Source: Deltaproteobacteria bacterium (GTDB lineage Bacteria > Myxococcota_A > Polyangia > Polyangiales > Houyiibacteriaceae). Taken from it: a stretch of 64,000 nucleotides of DNA. Shown in pieces: positions 49,325-59,539 of this stretch; position 1 is the first letter of the stretch; each line of letters opens with the position of its first letter. The stretch covers positions 1-64,000 of the forward strand of contig JAXMNT010000028.1 in the NCBI GenBank assembly GCA_034670305.1, read 5' to 3'. Position numbers and translations under genes: made by a program. The notes beneath the pieces are model-generated. The model saw nothing but the letters and a program-made list of their open reading frames with translations, did no database searches and was not told the DNA's origin.

Positions 49325-50764
49325 ATGGCTTCGCCTCCCGCTGGAGCCGGCCGCGTGAAGGAACGTTCGGGGTGGACCACCGCCAGCGTGGAGGCGGTGC
49401 CGCGGTTGGATGGGGACAGCGACCCGACACCGGGTCTCGTACTGGTGTACTCCCGGCTGCACGAACACCTGCCCGCGGCGCTCCCGTTCACCGGCGCGTT
49501 GACGACGCTCGGGCGAGAATCCGACAACACATTGTCGATCCCGGAAGCGGCGGTCAGCCGACACCACGCACGGGTCGAGATGCGCGGAGACCGGTACTGG
49601 ATCGTCGATCAGGGATCGACGAACGGGACCGTGATCAATGGAACCAAAGTTCCTGAGCACTGTCTCCGAGAACACGACATCGTGCGCGTCGGTGACACAA
49701 TCTTTCGACACGTCGAGCGTGGCGTCTACGGGTATGGCGCGTACCGGCTCGATGGCACCACCGTCGACACCGCCCGCCCGTTTCCCCATTCGGTAAGCGG
49801 CTCGCCGATCGTGGGTGGGCTCCAGGTCGACGCGCTGCTGGCACAACTGGAGAAGGTCGCGAACACCGCACTGTCGGTGGTCATCCACGGCGAGAGCGGC
49901 ACCGGCAAAGAGTTGGTCGCGCAAGAGCTGCATCGGCTCAGCCGACGCGAGGGGCCGCTGCAGGCGATCAACTGCGCCGCCCTTCCGGCCAACCTTCTGG
50001 AAAGCGAACTGTTCGGATACCGAAAGGGTGCATTCACGGGCGCTACTTCGGACAAGCTCGGACTGATTCAGGCGGCCCACCGAGGCACGCTCTTTCTGGA
50101 TGAGATCGGGGACATGCCGCTGGACGCGCAGGCCAAACTCCTGCGGGTGCTTCAGGAGAAGAAGGTCCTCCCGATCGGCGCGACGAGTCCGATTCAAGTC
50201 GATGTGCGGGCGGTCTGTGCGACCCACCGCAACCTGGACCAGTTCGTCGCGGACGGGCGCTTCCGAGGGGACCTCCTCGCTCGACTGCGGGAGTACGCCG
50301 TGGTGTTGCCGCCCTTGCGCGAGCGCCGCGAAGATCTGTGTCGCCTGGTCGCGCATTTTCTCGAGCGCAGCGGGCACCCCAAGACGCGGCTGAGCTTTCC
50401 GTACATGCTCGCGCTCGCCCACTACGACTGGCCCTACAACGTGCGAGAGCTCGAGAGCGCTGTGAAGCTATCGCTCGCGCTCTCGGATGGGAGCGAACTC
50501 GATCTGGTGCACTTGCCCGCGGGCATTCAGGCAGCGCTCGATCGCCACGGCGAACCGGCGCGCGACAGCATCCGCCCGCCGACTCCGTCCAAGCCGCCCG
50601 CCAAGAAACCTCGAGGGACGACCCCGACCGAAGAGGAGCTGCGTGCGCTCTTGACGGAACATCAGGGCAACATCGCGGCGGTCGGCCGGGAGCTCGGCAA
50701 GAAGCGGATGCAGATCCACCGCTGGCTCAAGCGCTACGACATCGACATCGAAGAATACCGCTAG
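49325..50764 (+). CDS. FHA-domain sigma54-dependent enhancer-binding protein
   Basis: FHA GR…SRHH…[36 protein letters not shown]-terminal HTH. Confidence 0.95.
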   Translation: MASPPAGAGRVKERSGWTTASVEAVPRLDGDSDPTPGLVLVYSRLHEHLPAALPFTGALTTLGRESDNTLSIPEAAVSRHHARVEMRGDRYWIVDQGSTNGTVINGTKVPEHCLREHDIVRVGDTIFRHVERGVYGYGAYRLDGTTVDTARPFPHSVSGSPIVGGLQVDALLAQLEKVANTALSVVIHGESGTGKELVAQELHRLSRREGPLQAINCAALPANLLESELFGYRKGAFTGATSDKLGLIQAAHRGTLFLDEIGDMPLDAQAKLLRVLQEKKVLPIGATSPIQVDVRAVCATHRNLDQFVADGRFRGDLLARLREYAVVLPPLRERREDLCRLVAHFLERSGHPKTRLSFPYMLALAHYDWPYNVRELESAVKLSLALSDGSELDLVHLPAGIQAALDRHGEPARDSIRPPTPSKPPAKKPRGTTPTEEELRALLTEHQGNIAAVGRELGKKRMQIHRWLKRYDIDIEEYR

Positions 50765-50920
50765 CAGGTCGCTGAAAAGCGACCTGCGCCGTTGCCCTTG
50801 CCGTTGCCCTTGCCCGTGCCCCTGCCCGCGTCGTGGACGGCACCGATACCAACCTACCGTCAAGATCCGCACAGCCCCCTGTCCGCCGGCCGTCGCCCTT
50901 GATATCGTTGGTCTTTTCGG

Positions 50921-50936
50921 GGGAACGGTTGTTGCT
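50921..50936 (+). promoter_or_regulatory. Putative sigma54 (-24/-12) promoter
   Basis: GGGAACGGTTGTTGCT with exact GG-N10-GC spacing upstream of the next EBP gene. Confidence 0.55.
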
Positions 50937-51048
50937 CTAGTCAACCGACGTGGGTGACGTACTGCCATTTCCGGGAGGGACGCTTGATGAGGTCCCCTCC
51001 ACCCCCTATCTTGAGCGCCATCGACTCGGCTCCTCCGGTCCATCCCCC

Positions 51049-54000
51049 ATGGCTTCCACTACCCACGGCCGCGCGCTGCCCAGTCCCGTTTGCGTTGGAC
51101 GCGAACCGGAACTCGATCGACTGACCGAGTTCCATCGCGACGCAGAGCGCAGCGGGGAACGGCTGGTGCTCGTGGAGGGCCCTTCGGGAAGCGGCAAGTC
51201 CCGCCTGCTGGCCGAGCTCGCCCGCCGAACCCGCCTCGACGGTGGCGTCGTGCTCGAGGGCCGCTGCGATCCCGGCCGTGCGTTCGGTGCATTTGCCACC
51301 ATCGTCGAACGGGCGCTTCGCTTTCTCGACGACATGAGCGTCACGACCACCGTCGACCTGCGCGACCTCGCGTGCTCGAGTGGCTGCCACCGGTTCTGGC
51401 ATCAGCACGTCCAAGAGGCGGGCAACCGTCTGGACGAAGACACCCGAGAAGCGAAAGAGCGCAGGCTCCGCTTCTTCGATGCGGTGCGCGGTGTGCTCCG
51501 CGATGTCTCTCGCGTCCGTGCGCCACTGGTGCTGTTGCACGACCTCGAGCGAAGCGACGAAGCCACGCTTCAGCTCCTCCGCTTCCTCTTCGCCGGTGCA
51601 GGACCCTGGACCGACGGCGTCGACCCGGGCCAGTCGATGCACGCGCTCGTGCTCGCGAGCGTGGGCCCCGGTGAGAGCCGCCTGAACACACTCCGCGACC
51701 AAGACACCACGACCGTGATGAAGGTCGGGAAACTCGACGCCGACGGAGTGCGGGCGCTCTTGCAGAGCGAGACGATGGTGCGCCGGGTGCTCGAACGCAC
51801 CGGCGGACTTCCAGAGCGGATCGAACTGCTGCTCGAGGCGGACCCGCTCAGCCCGCGCCAAGCGCTGACGCGTCGACTCGACGTGCTCTCGGACGGAGCG
51901 CGGGCGCTGCTCGAAGCCCTCTCGGTGTTGGAGCATCCGTCGGACCTGGAGCTCGTCGGCAAGGTGGCCGCGGTGGACATCTCGCCGGCAGACCGACAGG
52001 CCATCGCGCAGTCGGGGCTCGTCGACCAGACCGTGCTCGACGGCAAGATCCTCTTCGCGTTCAACCGCGAAAGCCAGCGGGCGCTCGCCTACGAGAGCAT
52101 GCCCGAAGCGCGGCGCCGCGAGATGCACCGCACCTGCGCCAAACTCTTCGTGGACGAACACCGACGCGAACAAGCCGCGCGCCACGCGCTCGATGCGGGC
52201 GACTTCGAACAAGCCGTGCCGATGTCGCTCGAGGACGCGCAGGCACTCGCCGCCCGCCACGCCCACGCCGAGGCCGCCGCGCTGCTCGAGCGGGTGCTGG
52301 AACGCGCCCCGGCCGAGGCGATTCCGCCCGAACTGCGCGAGTACCTCTCCGAACTCTACCGAGTGGTCGGTGAGTACAAGAACGCCCTCACCCACGCGGA
52401 AGTGCTGCGGGATCAATTTCCGCGAGACGCCATGGCGGCCCACCGGGTCGGCCGGCTGCTCACGCTCTCCGGTCAGCTCGACGAGGCCGCCAAGTCTTTG
52501 CGCGCCGCCCACGAACTCGCGGTGCGGGTCGAGGTTCGGGTCCTGGTCGAAACGGCGCTTGCCGAACTCGACTACCAACGCGGCCGTTTCGACGACGCCG
52601 CGAACTGGGCCAACCAAGCACTCGAGGCCAAGCTCGAAGCCGAAGAACTGCCGCTGATGATCCACGCCCGCAACACGCTGGGCAAAGTGGCACTCGCGCG
52701 AAAAGAAGCCGCGAGCGCATCGGTCTTCTTCGAAGCGAACCGCCTCGCCGCGGAGGCTGCCGGCCTCGGCCACGAAGAAGCCCAGGCGCGCACGAACTTG
52801 GGCGTGGCACGGATGCGGGAGCAGCGTCTCGACGAAGCCCGGGAATGCTTCGCGCGGGCGATCGAAGTGGCCGCCGCGGTCAACGACTCGCGCGACTTGG
52901 CGATCGCCACCGAGAACCTCGCGGTCCTGGCCCACCTGCGCCGGAACTACAAAGAGGCCCTCGACAGCTACCACGAAGCCGTCACCTTGCTGAAACGCCT
53001 CGGCAACCGAGCGATGCTCGCGCGGGTGGGCATCAACTTGGGCGAGCTCTACCTCAGCCTTGGCGACGCCCGACGCGCCGGCGCGCTGTGCGACTTTGCC
53101 CAGCACATCGGGGGCCAAGACCTGCCTCCCGTGCGCGCTGGTGAATGTCTGTTGCTCCGCGGCCGCGTCGAAGCGCGACGCGGGGAGATCGACCGGAGCC
53201 GGGCCAGCCTCGAAGCGGCACACGCGTCCTTCGCGAGCGTCGAATCCACCAAAGCCAGCCAGCCGCTGGTGGAGCTCGTCCGACTTTCCCTGGTCGAGGG
53301 CGACCTTCAGGCGGCACGCAAGTTCATCGCTGCGCTTCCGGAGACCGAGTCCCCGAAACAGGCAGCCGAGCTCGCCATCCTCGACGCAGACCTCGAACGA
53401 GCCGCCGGCGGCGACACGCTCTTGGTCGCCCAGCGCGCGATGGCCGCCGCTGCTCGCGCCGAAGACGATGAGCTGCGGCTCGAAGCCCTCATCCGCCTTT
53501 GCAAAGCCCAGTGCGACGCATCGGATTTGAGCGCCGCCCATACCTTGCACGAAGCGTTCGCGCTCGAGGACGCGCTCACCGCCCGCGTGCCCGACGAAGC
53601 CAAGGACGCGTGGCGCGGCCGCCCGACCCGCCTCGAACTCTCCGAGCTCGACTCGCGAACCGCACGCCTCGGCGGACGGCGTCCCTCGCAGATCCCCACG
53701 CCGCGCACGCGCTCGGTGGAGATGGATCGCCGCTACCCGGTGATCGCCGGAACGTCGGATCGCACCGTCCACCTGCTCGAGGTGCTGGACAAGGTCGCGC
53801 CGAGCGACGCCACCGTGCTCGTCCGCGGCGAGAGCGGTACCGGCAAGGAACTCGTCGCGGACGCGCTCCACCGTCACTCCTCCCGCAGCGACCGCCCGCT
53901 GGTGAAGGTCAACTGCGCCGCCCTGGTGGAGACGCTGTTGCTCAGCGAACTCTTCGGCCACGAGCGCGGGGCGTTCACGGGTGCGAGCGCCCGCAAGAAG

Positions 54001-54738
54001 GGCCGGTTCGAGCTCGCCGACGGCGGCACCCTCTTTCTCGATGAGATCGGCGACATCTCGCCGAAGACTCAGGTCGCGTTGCTTCGGGTCCTCCAGGAGC
54101 GCGAGTTCGAGCGTGTCGGCGGCACCCAAGCCATCAAGGTAGACGTCCGCATCATCTGCGCGACCCACCGCAACCTCGAGGCCATGGTCCAGGACGGTTC
54201 GTTCCGCGAGGACCTCTACTACCGCCTTCGCGGCGTCTCCATCGATGTGGCACCCCTCCGTGACCGGATCGGCGATCTGCCCGAGCTGGCGCACCATCTG
54301 CTCACCCGAATTGCGGCCGAGCGGGGCGACGAGCCCCGACAGGCGTCCCCCAAGGTGCTGGAGATGCTCGAGCGCCATGCCTGGCCGGGCAACGTGCGGG
54401 AGCTCGAGAACGTGCTCCGCAGCGCCACGCTGTTCGCGGAAGGCGCCTGGCTAGAACCCAGTGATTTCGCGGCTTTGGGCGAGTCTTTCCTCCCGGTCGA
54501 GAAGCCGGTCGAGGTTCCCCAGAGCCAGTCGGTCGAAGACTCGATCTACGACCGCATCCGAAGCGGGGACAACTCGCTCCTCGAGATCAAGAAAGTCATC
54601 GAACGCGAGTGCATCGCACGCGCCTTGATGGATGCGGACGGGAACATTACCCGCGCCGCGGAGTTGTTGGGAATGAAGCGGCCTAGACTTTCACAATTAG
54701 TGAAGCAATACAGTCTGGGATCGTATAAGAAGGTGTGA
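51049..54738 (+). CDS. Large sigma54 enhancer-binding protein: N-terminal STAND-like AAA + TPR + AAA+ EBP + HTH
   Basis: CVGREPEL…[11 protein letters not shown]-like [39 protein letters not shown]. Confidence 0.93.
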   Translation: MASTTHGRALPSPVCVGREPELDRLTEFHRDAERSGERLVLVEGPSGSGKSRLLAELARRTRLDGGVVLEGRCDPGRAFGAFATIVERALRFLDDMSVTTTVDLRDLACSSGCHRFWHQHVQEAGNRLDEDTREAKERRLRFFDAVRGVLRDVSRVRAPLVLLHDLERSDEATLQLLRFLFAGAGPWTDGVDPGQSMHALVLASVGPGESRLNTLRDQDTTTVMKVGKLDADGVRALLQSETMVRRVLERTGGLPERIELLLEADPLSPRQALTRRLDVLSDGARALLEALSVLEHPSDLELVGKVAAVDISPADRQAIAQSGLVDQTVLDGKILFAFNRESQRALAYESMPEARRREMHRTCAKLFVDEHRREQAARHALDAGDFEQAVPMSLEDAQALAARHAHAEAAALLERVLERAPAEAIPPELREYLSELYRVVGEYKNALTHAEVLRDQFPRDAMAAHRVGRLLTLSGQLDEAAKSLRAAHELAVRVEVRVLVETALAELDYQRGRFDDAANWANQALEAKLEAEELPLMIHARNTLGKVALARKEAASASVFFEANRLAAEAAGLGHEEAQARTNLGVARMREQRLDEARECFARAIEVAAAVNDSRDLAIATENLAVLAHLRRNYKEALDSYHEAVTLLKRLGNRAMLARVGINLGELYLSLGDARRAGALCDFAQHIGGQDLPPVRAGECLLLRGRVEARRGEIDRSRASLEAAHASFASVESTKASQPLVELVRLSLVEGDLQAARKFIAALPETESPKQAAELAILDADLERAAGGDTLLVAQRAMAAAARAEDDELRLEALIRLCKAQCDASDLSAAHTLHEAFALEDALTARVPDEAKDAWRGRPTRLELSELDSRTARLGGRRPSQIPTPRTRSVEMDRRYPVIAGTSDRTVHLLEVLDKVAPSDATVLVRGESGTGKELVADALHRHSSRSDRPLVKVNCAALVETLLLSELFGHERGAFTGASARKKGRFELADGGTLFLDEIGDISPKTQVALLRVLQEREFERVGGTQAIKVDVRIICATHRNLEAMVQDGSFREDLYYRLRGVSIDVAPLRDRIGDLPELAHHLLTRIAAERGDEPRQASPKVLEMLERHAWPGNVRELENVLRSATLFAEGAWLEPSDFAALGESFLPVEKPVEVPQSQSVEDSIYDRIRSGDNSLLEIKKVIERECIARALMDADGNITRAAELLGMKRPRLSQLVKQYSLGSYKKV

Positions 54739-55322
54739 AGATGAACCGGGTTAGGCACATCCTCGTCTTGACCATGCTGGCCGCCACGGCCTGCGCGGGC
54801 AGTGAGACGCAGACCGTGTCCGGGTCGTTTGAAAACGACGCGGCGCCGCTGCCCACGATCGAGCGGGACGTCTGGCAGACTGCCTTGGCTGGCTGCGAAG
54901 CCCAGCTCGAGGGCATCGAGTTGCAGTTCGGCATCGCGGCTGGCGCGCCCGAACTCGTGGTCGCGTTCGGCGAGGACAGCGTTCTCTGCGTCGACTCCTA
55001 CGCCGCGGTCGAATCGGAACTCGACCTCGTCGATCCGCGACGCATCGACAGCCTCTGGCTCGGCTACGTGTCGGCGCTTCAGGAAGCCGAGCCGTTCTCT
55101 GGCGACTACGCCCACAGCGAAGAGTCGGATGCGCTGCCGGCTGAGATCGCCGAGCGGGTGCGTGCCGCCCAGGCCGATCCGCACCCGGAGCCCAACCTCG
55201 TCGGTGAGGGGCTGCCGGACCTGGGCGTCGTCATGGCGGATCCGCATCCGGTCCCGAACGACGATCCCAACTCCGAGGATCCGATGACCGACAACGGTTC
55301 GCAGCCGCCCGCCGGCCCCTAG
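54735..55322 (+). CDS. Hypothetical acidic lipoprotein with repeated ADPHPxP motif
   Basis: GTGA overlap with the EBP gene; lipobox LAATAC; ADPHPEP and ADPHPVP. Confidence 0.7.
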   Translation: MKMNRVRHILVLTMLAATACAGSETQTVSGSFENDAAPLPTIERDVWQTALAGCEAQLEGIELQFGIAAGAPELVVAFGEDSVLCVDSYAAVESELDLVDPRRIDSLWLGYVSALQEAEPFSGDYAHSEESDALPAEIAERVRAAQADPHPEPNLVGEGLPDLGVVMADPHPVPNDDPNSEDPMTDNGSQPPAGP

Positions 55323-55330
55323 GCGGCGTC

Positions 55331-56143
55331 GTCGGATTCACGATTCTGGATGGGCCACTCGGCAGCGAGTTGGCCCATCATGGTGTGTCGACCACCCTTC
55401 CCCGCTGGAGTGCGTCGGCACTCGAGACGGATCCGGAGGTGGTCCTGGCCATCCACACCGCCTATCGGGAAGCGGGCGCCACCGTCCACACCACCAACAC
55501 GTTTCGCACCCGCGAACGAACCTGCGGCACCGGCTGGCGCGTACTGGCCGAACGCGCTGCGGAGCTCGCTCGGGCAGGCGCGGGGGACGGACGCGTCGCC
55601 GGCTCCATCGCGCCCCTCGAGGACTGCTACGAGCCGGAGCGGAGCATCGGCGCCGCATCCGAAACCGAGCACCAGCGCCTCGCGGAGGTGCTTGCGCCGC
55701 ACTGCGACCTGTTGTTGTGCGAGACCTTTGCGCATCCGGACGAGGCGCTCGCCGCCGTCCGCGCCGCGACCTCCACGGGTCGGCCGGTGTGGCTGGCTTT
55801 GACGGCAGGGCCCGAGGCCTCGCTGCTCACCCCCGACCTGATGGCAGAGGTCGCGCGCCGGGCGGTCGGTCTCGGCGTGGGGGCCGTCCTCGTCAACTGC
55901 ACGCCGGCGCTCGATACCCGGCGCTTCCTCGACGCCATCGCCGGGTGCGGCGTGCCCATCGGCGCGTACGCCAATGCCGGCCACGCCAACGATGAGATCG
56001 GGTGGACCGCGTCGCCCGAGCCCGGCGCCGAGCGCTACGCGGAGCTCGCGTCCAGCTGGGTGGATGCCGGCGCGGAGATCCTCGGGTCGTGCTGTGGGAC
56101 GGGCCCGGCGCACATCCGCGCGCTGGCGGAGCGCTTCACGTAG
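55331..56143 (+). CDS. Homocysteine S-methyltransferase family protein (start codon unclear)
   Basis: ILDGPLGSEL…WSA…HTAYREAGA…TNTF…VNC…GSCCG; conserved ILDG lies upstream of the first canonical start (55370). Confidence 0.88.
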   Translation, partial: VGFTILDGPLGSELAHHGVSTTLPRWSASALETDPEVVLAIHTAYREAGATVHTTNTFRTRERTCGTGWRVLAERAAELARAGAGDGRVAGSIAPLEDCYEPERSIGAASETEHQRLAEVLAPHCDLLLCETFAHPDEALAAVRAATSTGRPVWLALTAGPEASLLTPDLMAEVARRAVGLGVGAVLVNCTPALDTRRFLDAIAGCGVPIGAYANAGHANDEIGWTASPEPGAERYAELASSWVDAGAEILGSCCGTGPAHIRALAERFT

Positions 56144-56154
56144 TAGCCGAAACG

Positions 56155-56300
56155 GCGTCGCGGCGTCGGCGTCGACGCCGAAGCCGATCCCGAAGCCGAA
56201 GCCGAAGCCGACGCCGAAGCCGAAGCCGAAGCCGACCCCGACCCCGACCCCGAAGCCGACGCCGACGCCGAAGCCGAGCCGAGCCGAGCCGATCCCGAAG
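56155..56300. repeat. GCCGAN hexamer tract between convergent genes
   Basis: Directly visible. Confidence 0.88.
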
Positions 56301-56314
56301 CTCGACTCGTTCGT

Positions 56315-57826
56315 TCAGGCGGCTTGGCGGGCTTCCGCTTTCGCGGCGAGGGCTTCGGCGGCGCGGTAGACGACGGCCATGATCGAGTGTTGCGGGTTCA
56401 CGCCCATGTTGGTCGGGAAGATGCTCGCGTCCATCACGTAGAGGCCGCGCACTTCGTGCGACTGAAGCTCCGCGTCCACCACGCTTCGGCTCGGATCGCT
56501 GCCAGCGACCGCGGTGCCGAACAGGTGCGAGGCGACCAGGTGGACTTGGCCCCGCTTCCAGGGCGTGTTCTCGAGCGCGTCGACTTCGGAGACGTCGCGG
56601 ATGATCTCCGGCACTCCGTCGATGCCGGGGTAGACCTCCACCGCACCGGCGGCGAACATCATCCGGCAGATGAGGGTCAGCGCCTCCTGCACCTTGGCGA
56701 GGTCGCGTTCGGTCGGTTCGAAGAAGATGAGCGGGCCGAAGGGACCGCCGCGGACGCGGCCCTTGGCCTCCATGCGGACCTGCGAACACCACTGCGCGAA
56801 GTGATCGAGGTTGGCCACGCGCTCTTGCCATGCGCGCCCCGCGCCGGGCAGCCGCGCACCCAGCATCTCAGGCGGCAGCGAGAGCGACTCGAGTTTGAAG
56901 CCACGGTCGCGCATCGGCACCTCGTAGCCCTGCGTGGCGCCGAAGCTCATGCGCACCGGCTCCGGAAAACGGCCCACGATCGCGGTGCCGGGATGCGACT
57001 GAAACCGTTCGCCGACGAGGCCACGCAGACCGCTCTTTCGGAGAATGATCGGCGTGTGCACGACGCCGGCAGAGACGATGACGTGTTCGGCGCGGACGCG
57101 GAAACGTCCCACCGGTTTGCGGGTCCGAAGGTCGATCCGCGATCCCATCACCCCGACCGCGCGACCGGCTTCGATCCACACCTTCTCGACCCGGCATCCA
57201 GTGGTCAGTCGCGCTCCGTCTGCAATCGCGCGCGGCACGTAGGAGACGTCCATGCTCTGGCGGCGTTCGCCCGAACAGCCCTGCAGACACTCGCCCTTGC
57301 CCTGACAGCGGCGGGCGTTGCGCTGCATCGGCTTGCCCGGCAGACCGAGCGCCTCGGCGCCCTTTTGCATGAGCAGCGCGTTGCCGCCGCGGACTTCGTC
57401 CTGGGTCGATTCGACCTCGAGTTCGTCTTCGATGACCTCGTAGATGCGGTTGAGCTCCGCGTCGTCCACGAGCCAGTCGAGTCCATGCTCGGCCATCCAC
57501 TCGTCGCGCACGTCTTCGGGCATGCGCCAGATGATGCCGGAGTTGATCGCCGTGCTTCCGCCCACACAGACGCCCTGCAGGACCGGGATCGGCATCGTGC
57601 CCGTGGTGGTCTGCGATCCCGCCATGCGCATCGCGGAGCTCATCGCGCCGATGGCATCGCGGCGACGTTCGGCGTTGTCGAGCTTCGGCCCTTCTTCGAG
57701 CATCAGCACATCGCGGCCCGCCGCGGCCAACACCCGCGCCGCGGTCGCGCCGCCTGCACCGGTGCCGACGATCACGATCTCGGCTTGGTCTTCGTACACG
57801 TACTTCCGGAACGACTCGAACATCAC
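56315..57826 (-). CDS. GMC family oxidoreductase
   Basis: GTGAGG FAD motif, VGGSTAINSG, SHLFGT, GVNPQHSIMA. Confidence 0.94.
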   Translation of the reverse strand: MMFESFRKYVYEDQAEIVIVGTGAGGATAARVLAAAGRDVLMLEEGPKLDNAERRRDAIGAMSSAMRMAGSQTTTGTMPIPVLQGVCVGGSTAINSGIIWRMPEDVRDEWMAEHGLDWLVDDAELNRIYEVIEDELEVESTQDEVRGGNALLMQKGAEALGLPGKPMQRNARRCQGKGECLQGCSGERRQSMDVSYVPRAIADGARLTTGCRVEKVWIEAGRAVGVMGSRIDLRTRKPVGRFRVRAEHVIVSAGVVHTPIILRKSGLRGLVGERFQSHPGTAIVGRFPEPVRMSFGATQGYEVPMRDRGFKLESLSLPPEMLGARLPGAGRAWQERVANLDHFAQWCSQVRMEAKGRVRGGPFGPLIFFEPTERDLAKVQEALTLICRMMFAAGAVEVYPGIDGVPEIIRDVSEVDALENTPWKRGQVHLVASHLFGTAVAGSDPSRSVVDAELQSHEVRGLYVMDASIFPTNMGVNPQHSIMAVVYRAAEALAAKAEARQAA

Positions 57827-58293
57827 GCCACCTGCTTCTTGGATTTGGATCCCACGAGGCGAAGTCGGACCGGAGTCTGCCCTTCGCGGTTTCGGTCGTA
57901 CCCGGAGCGCGCCCGGATGCTCTTGGTGCCGAAGAGCGTCATCGACGCCTGCACCTTCATCAGCCAGGTGAGCTCGCGAACGAGACCCAGCCGGTGTTCA
58001 CTCAGGGCGTCGAGCAGTTCGGCGCGTTCGTTCGCGCTCAACCGGTCGATGCCCTTGGCTGCCTTGCCGGTCCAGATGGGCGAGGTGCCCACCAGCGCAC
58101 ACGCGAACCGCATGCCCACCTTGGCGATGGGGCTGGCGTGTTCGTTCGCCTCCAGGAACCCGCCGACGTAGTCGACCTCGCCGGGCCGGGGCGTGAGCAC
58201 CCGGTCGTCCGCGGAAGACTCGTCCGCAGGTGGTGCGAACCCTTCGAAGATGGCGTGCATCCAACGCCGCTCGATCCAAGACAATCGCATCAT
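57823..58293 (-). CDS. Hypothetical GMC partner protein
   Basis: Coupled to both neighbours by 4-bp overlaps; helical, LSANERAELL…SGY, resembling small subunits preceding GMC enzymes. Confidence 0.7.
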   Translation of the reverse strand: MMRLSWIERRWMHAIFEGFAPPADESSADDRVLTPRPGEVDYVGGFLEANEHASPIAKVGMRFACALVGTSPIWTGKAAKGIDRLSANERAELLDALSEHRLGLVRELTWLMKVQASMTLFGTKSIRARSGYDRNREGQTPVRLRLVGSKSKKQVA

Positions 58294-59123
58294 TCCTCCA
58301 GCTCTTTGGCGCGCACGGAGCGCGACGACTTCGGTTCGGCGGGGGCAGAAGGCGTTTTGGCCTCCGGCGTTCCTGCCGTCTTCTTGAGTTGGCCGGCGCC
58401 CTCGAGCGCGCGGGCGACTTCTTCCAGCCGGTCCATCGTGCGGCGATCGAGCGGCTCGAAGGCGGAGCGCGCGAACGCTCGGACCTGATCCGGGTCGCGG
58501 GACTCGAGCAGCTCGAGGACCCGGTCGTACGTCTTCAACGTCGCGGGTGCGTTGACCCCGAACGCGGCCTCGAGCCCAGGGTGATCCATCACCATGCGCT
58601 GCACCGTGTTGTAGAGCAGCTCGAGCGTCAGGTTGTGCGCCGCCCGAACGAGCAGGCGCGCGAACTGGAGGTCGGCGCGCATGAACGCGTCCGCGTCGCC
58701 GAGCAGCGGCCCCATGGTCGCGCGGTGGGTTCGGAGCCCGCGAAGTTCTTCCGAGGTCGCACGCGCCGCGACCAGACCGAGCAGCTCGGTCGCGATGAGG
58801 CGCCGAAACTCGAGCAGGTCGCCCAGCAGCGAGAGCGGCACCTTGCCGCCTTCGATCGCGTGCCGCGCGAGGTGGGCGATCAGCTCCACCCCACCCCGCT
58901 CCCGGTAATCGAGCACGAGGTTGCCCGACCCATGCACCTTCTCGATGAGCCCCTGCGCCTGAAGGTTGGCGAGCGCGCTTCGGAGCGTGAGTCGGCTGAC
59001 CCCGAGCCGCTCCGAGAGGTCTCGCTCCCCTGGCAACGTGGTCCCAGCGGGGAACTCCCCACCCAGAATCCCCTTGCGAATGCGGTCTGCGGCTTGATCC
59101 GCGGCGTTTTGTTTGAGGGCCAT
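58290..59123 (-). CDS. GntR/FadR-subfamily transcriptional regulator
   Basis: LPGERDLSERLGVSRLTLRSAL…HGSG; FCD-like ADLQF…AAHN. Confidence 0.93.
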   Translation of the reverse strand: MALKQNAADQAADRIRKGILGGEFPAGTTLPGERDLSERLGVSRLTLRSALANLQAQGLIEKVHGSGNLVLDYRERGGVELIAHLARHAIEGGKVPLSLLGDLLEFRRLIATELLGLVAARATSEELRGLRTHRATMGPLLGDADAFMRADLQFARLLVRAAHNLTLELLYNTVQRMVMDHPGLEAAFGVNAPATLKTYDRVLELLESRDPDQVRAFARSAFEPLDRRTMDRLEEVARALEGAGQLKKTAGTPEAKTPSAPAEPKSSRSVRAKELEE

Positions 59124-59127
59124 AGAT

Positions 59128-59154
59128 TGGTATTACCAGTAAGTGGTATTACCA
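59128..59154. promoter_or_regulatory. Two tandem TGGTATTACCA palindromes; FadR-type operator
   Basis: Copies at 59128-59138 and 59144-59154, immediately upstream of the GntR start. Confidence 0.85.
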
Positions 59155-59220
59155 GTAACCCACCCTTCTCCACCGCGCAAGATCATTTTCCGGCCACCCG
59201 GCCAAAAATCCGCCAAACGG

Positions 59221-59522
59221 TTCTGCGGTTCCCTTGCCAGCGCCAAAGGCGCGATGCCCTTGCCCCTGCCCTTGCCCTTGGTGCGGTTCTGCGGTCCTGC
59301 GGTTCTGCAGCTCCCTTGCCAGCGCCAAAGGCGCGATGCCCTTGCCCCTGCCCTTGCCCTTGGTGCGGTTCGGTCAGTTCTGAGGAAGGGCACGGGTCCG
59401 TAAGGGCAAGGGCAGGGGCAAGGGCAGGGGCAAGGGTCCGTAGCCCGTAACGGCAAGCCTCGACTTCGGCTTCGCCATCGGCATCGGCATCGGCATCGGC
59501 ATCGGCGTCGCCTCCGGCTTCG
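59221..59522. repeat. Composite repeat: ~60-bp direct repeat with (GCCCTT/GCCCCT) units, inverted (AAGGGC) arm and TCGGCA tract
   Basis: tcccttgccagcgccaaaggcgcgatgcccttgcccctgcccttgcccttggtgcggttc occurs twice; 59403-59436 is complementary to it. Confidence 0.88.
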
Positions 59523-59539
59523 CTGCTACGCTTCACCCC

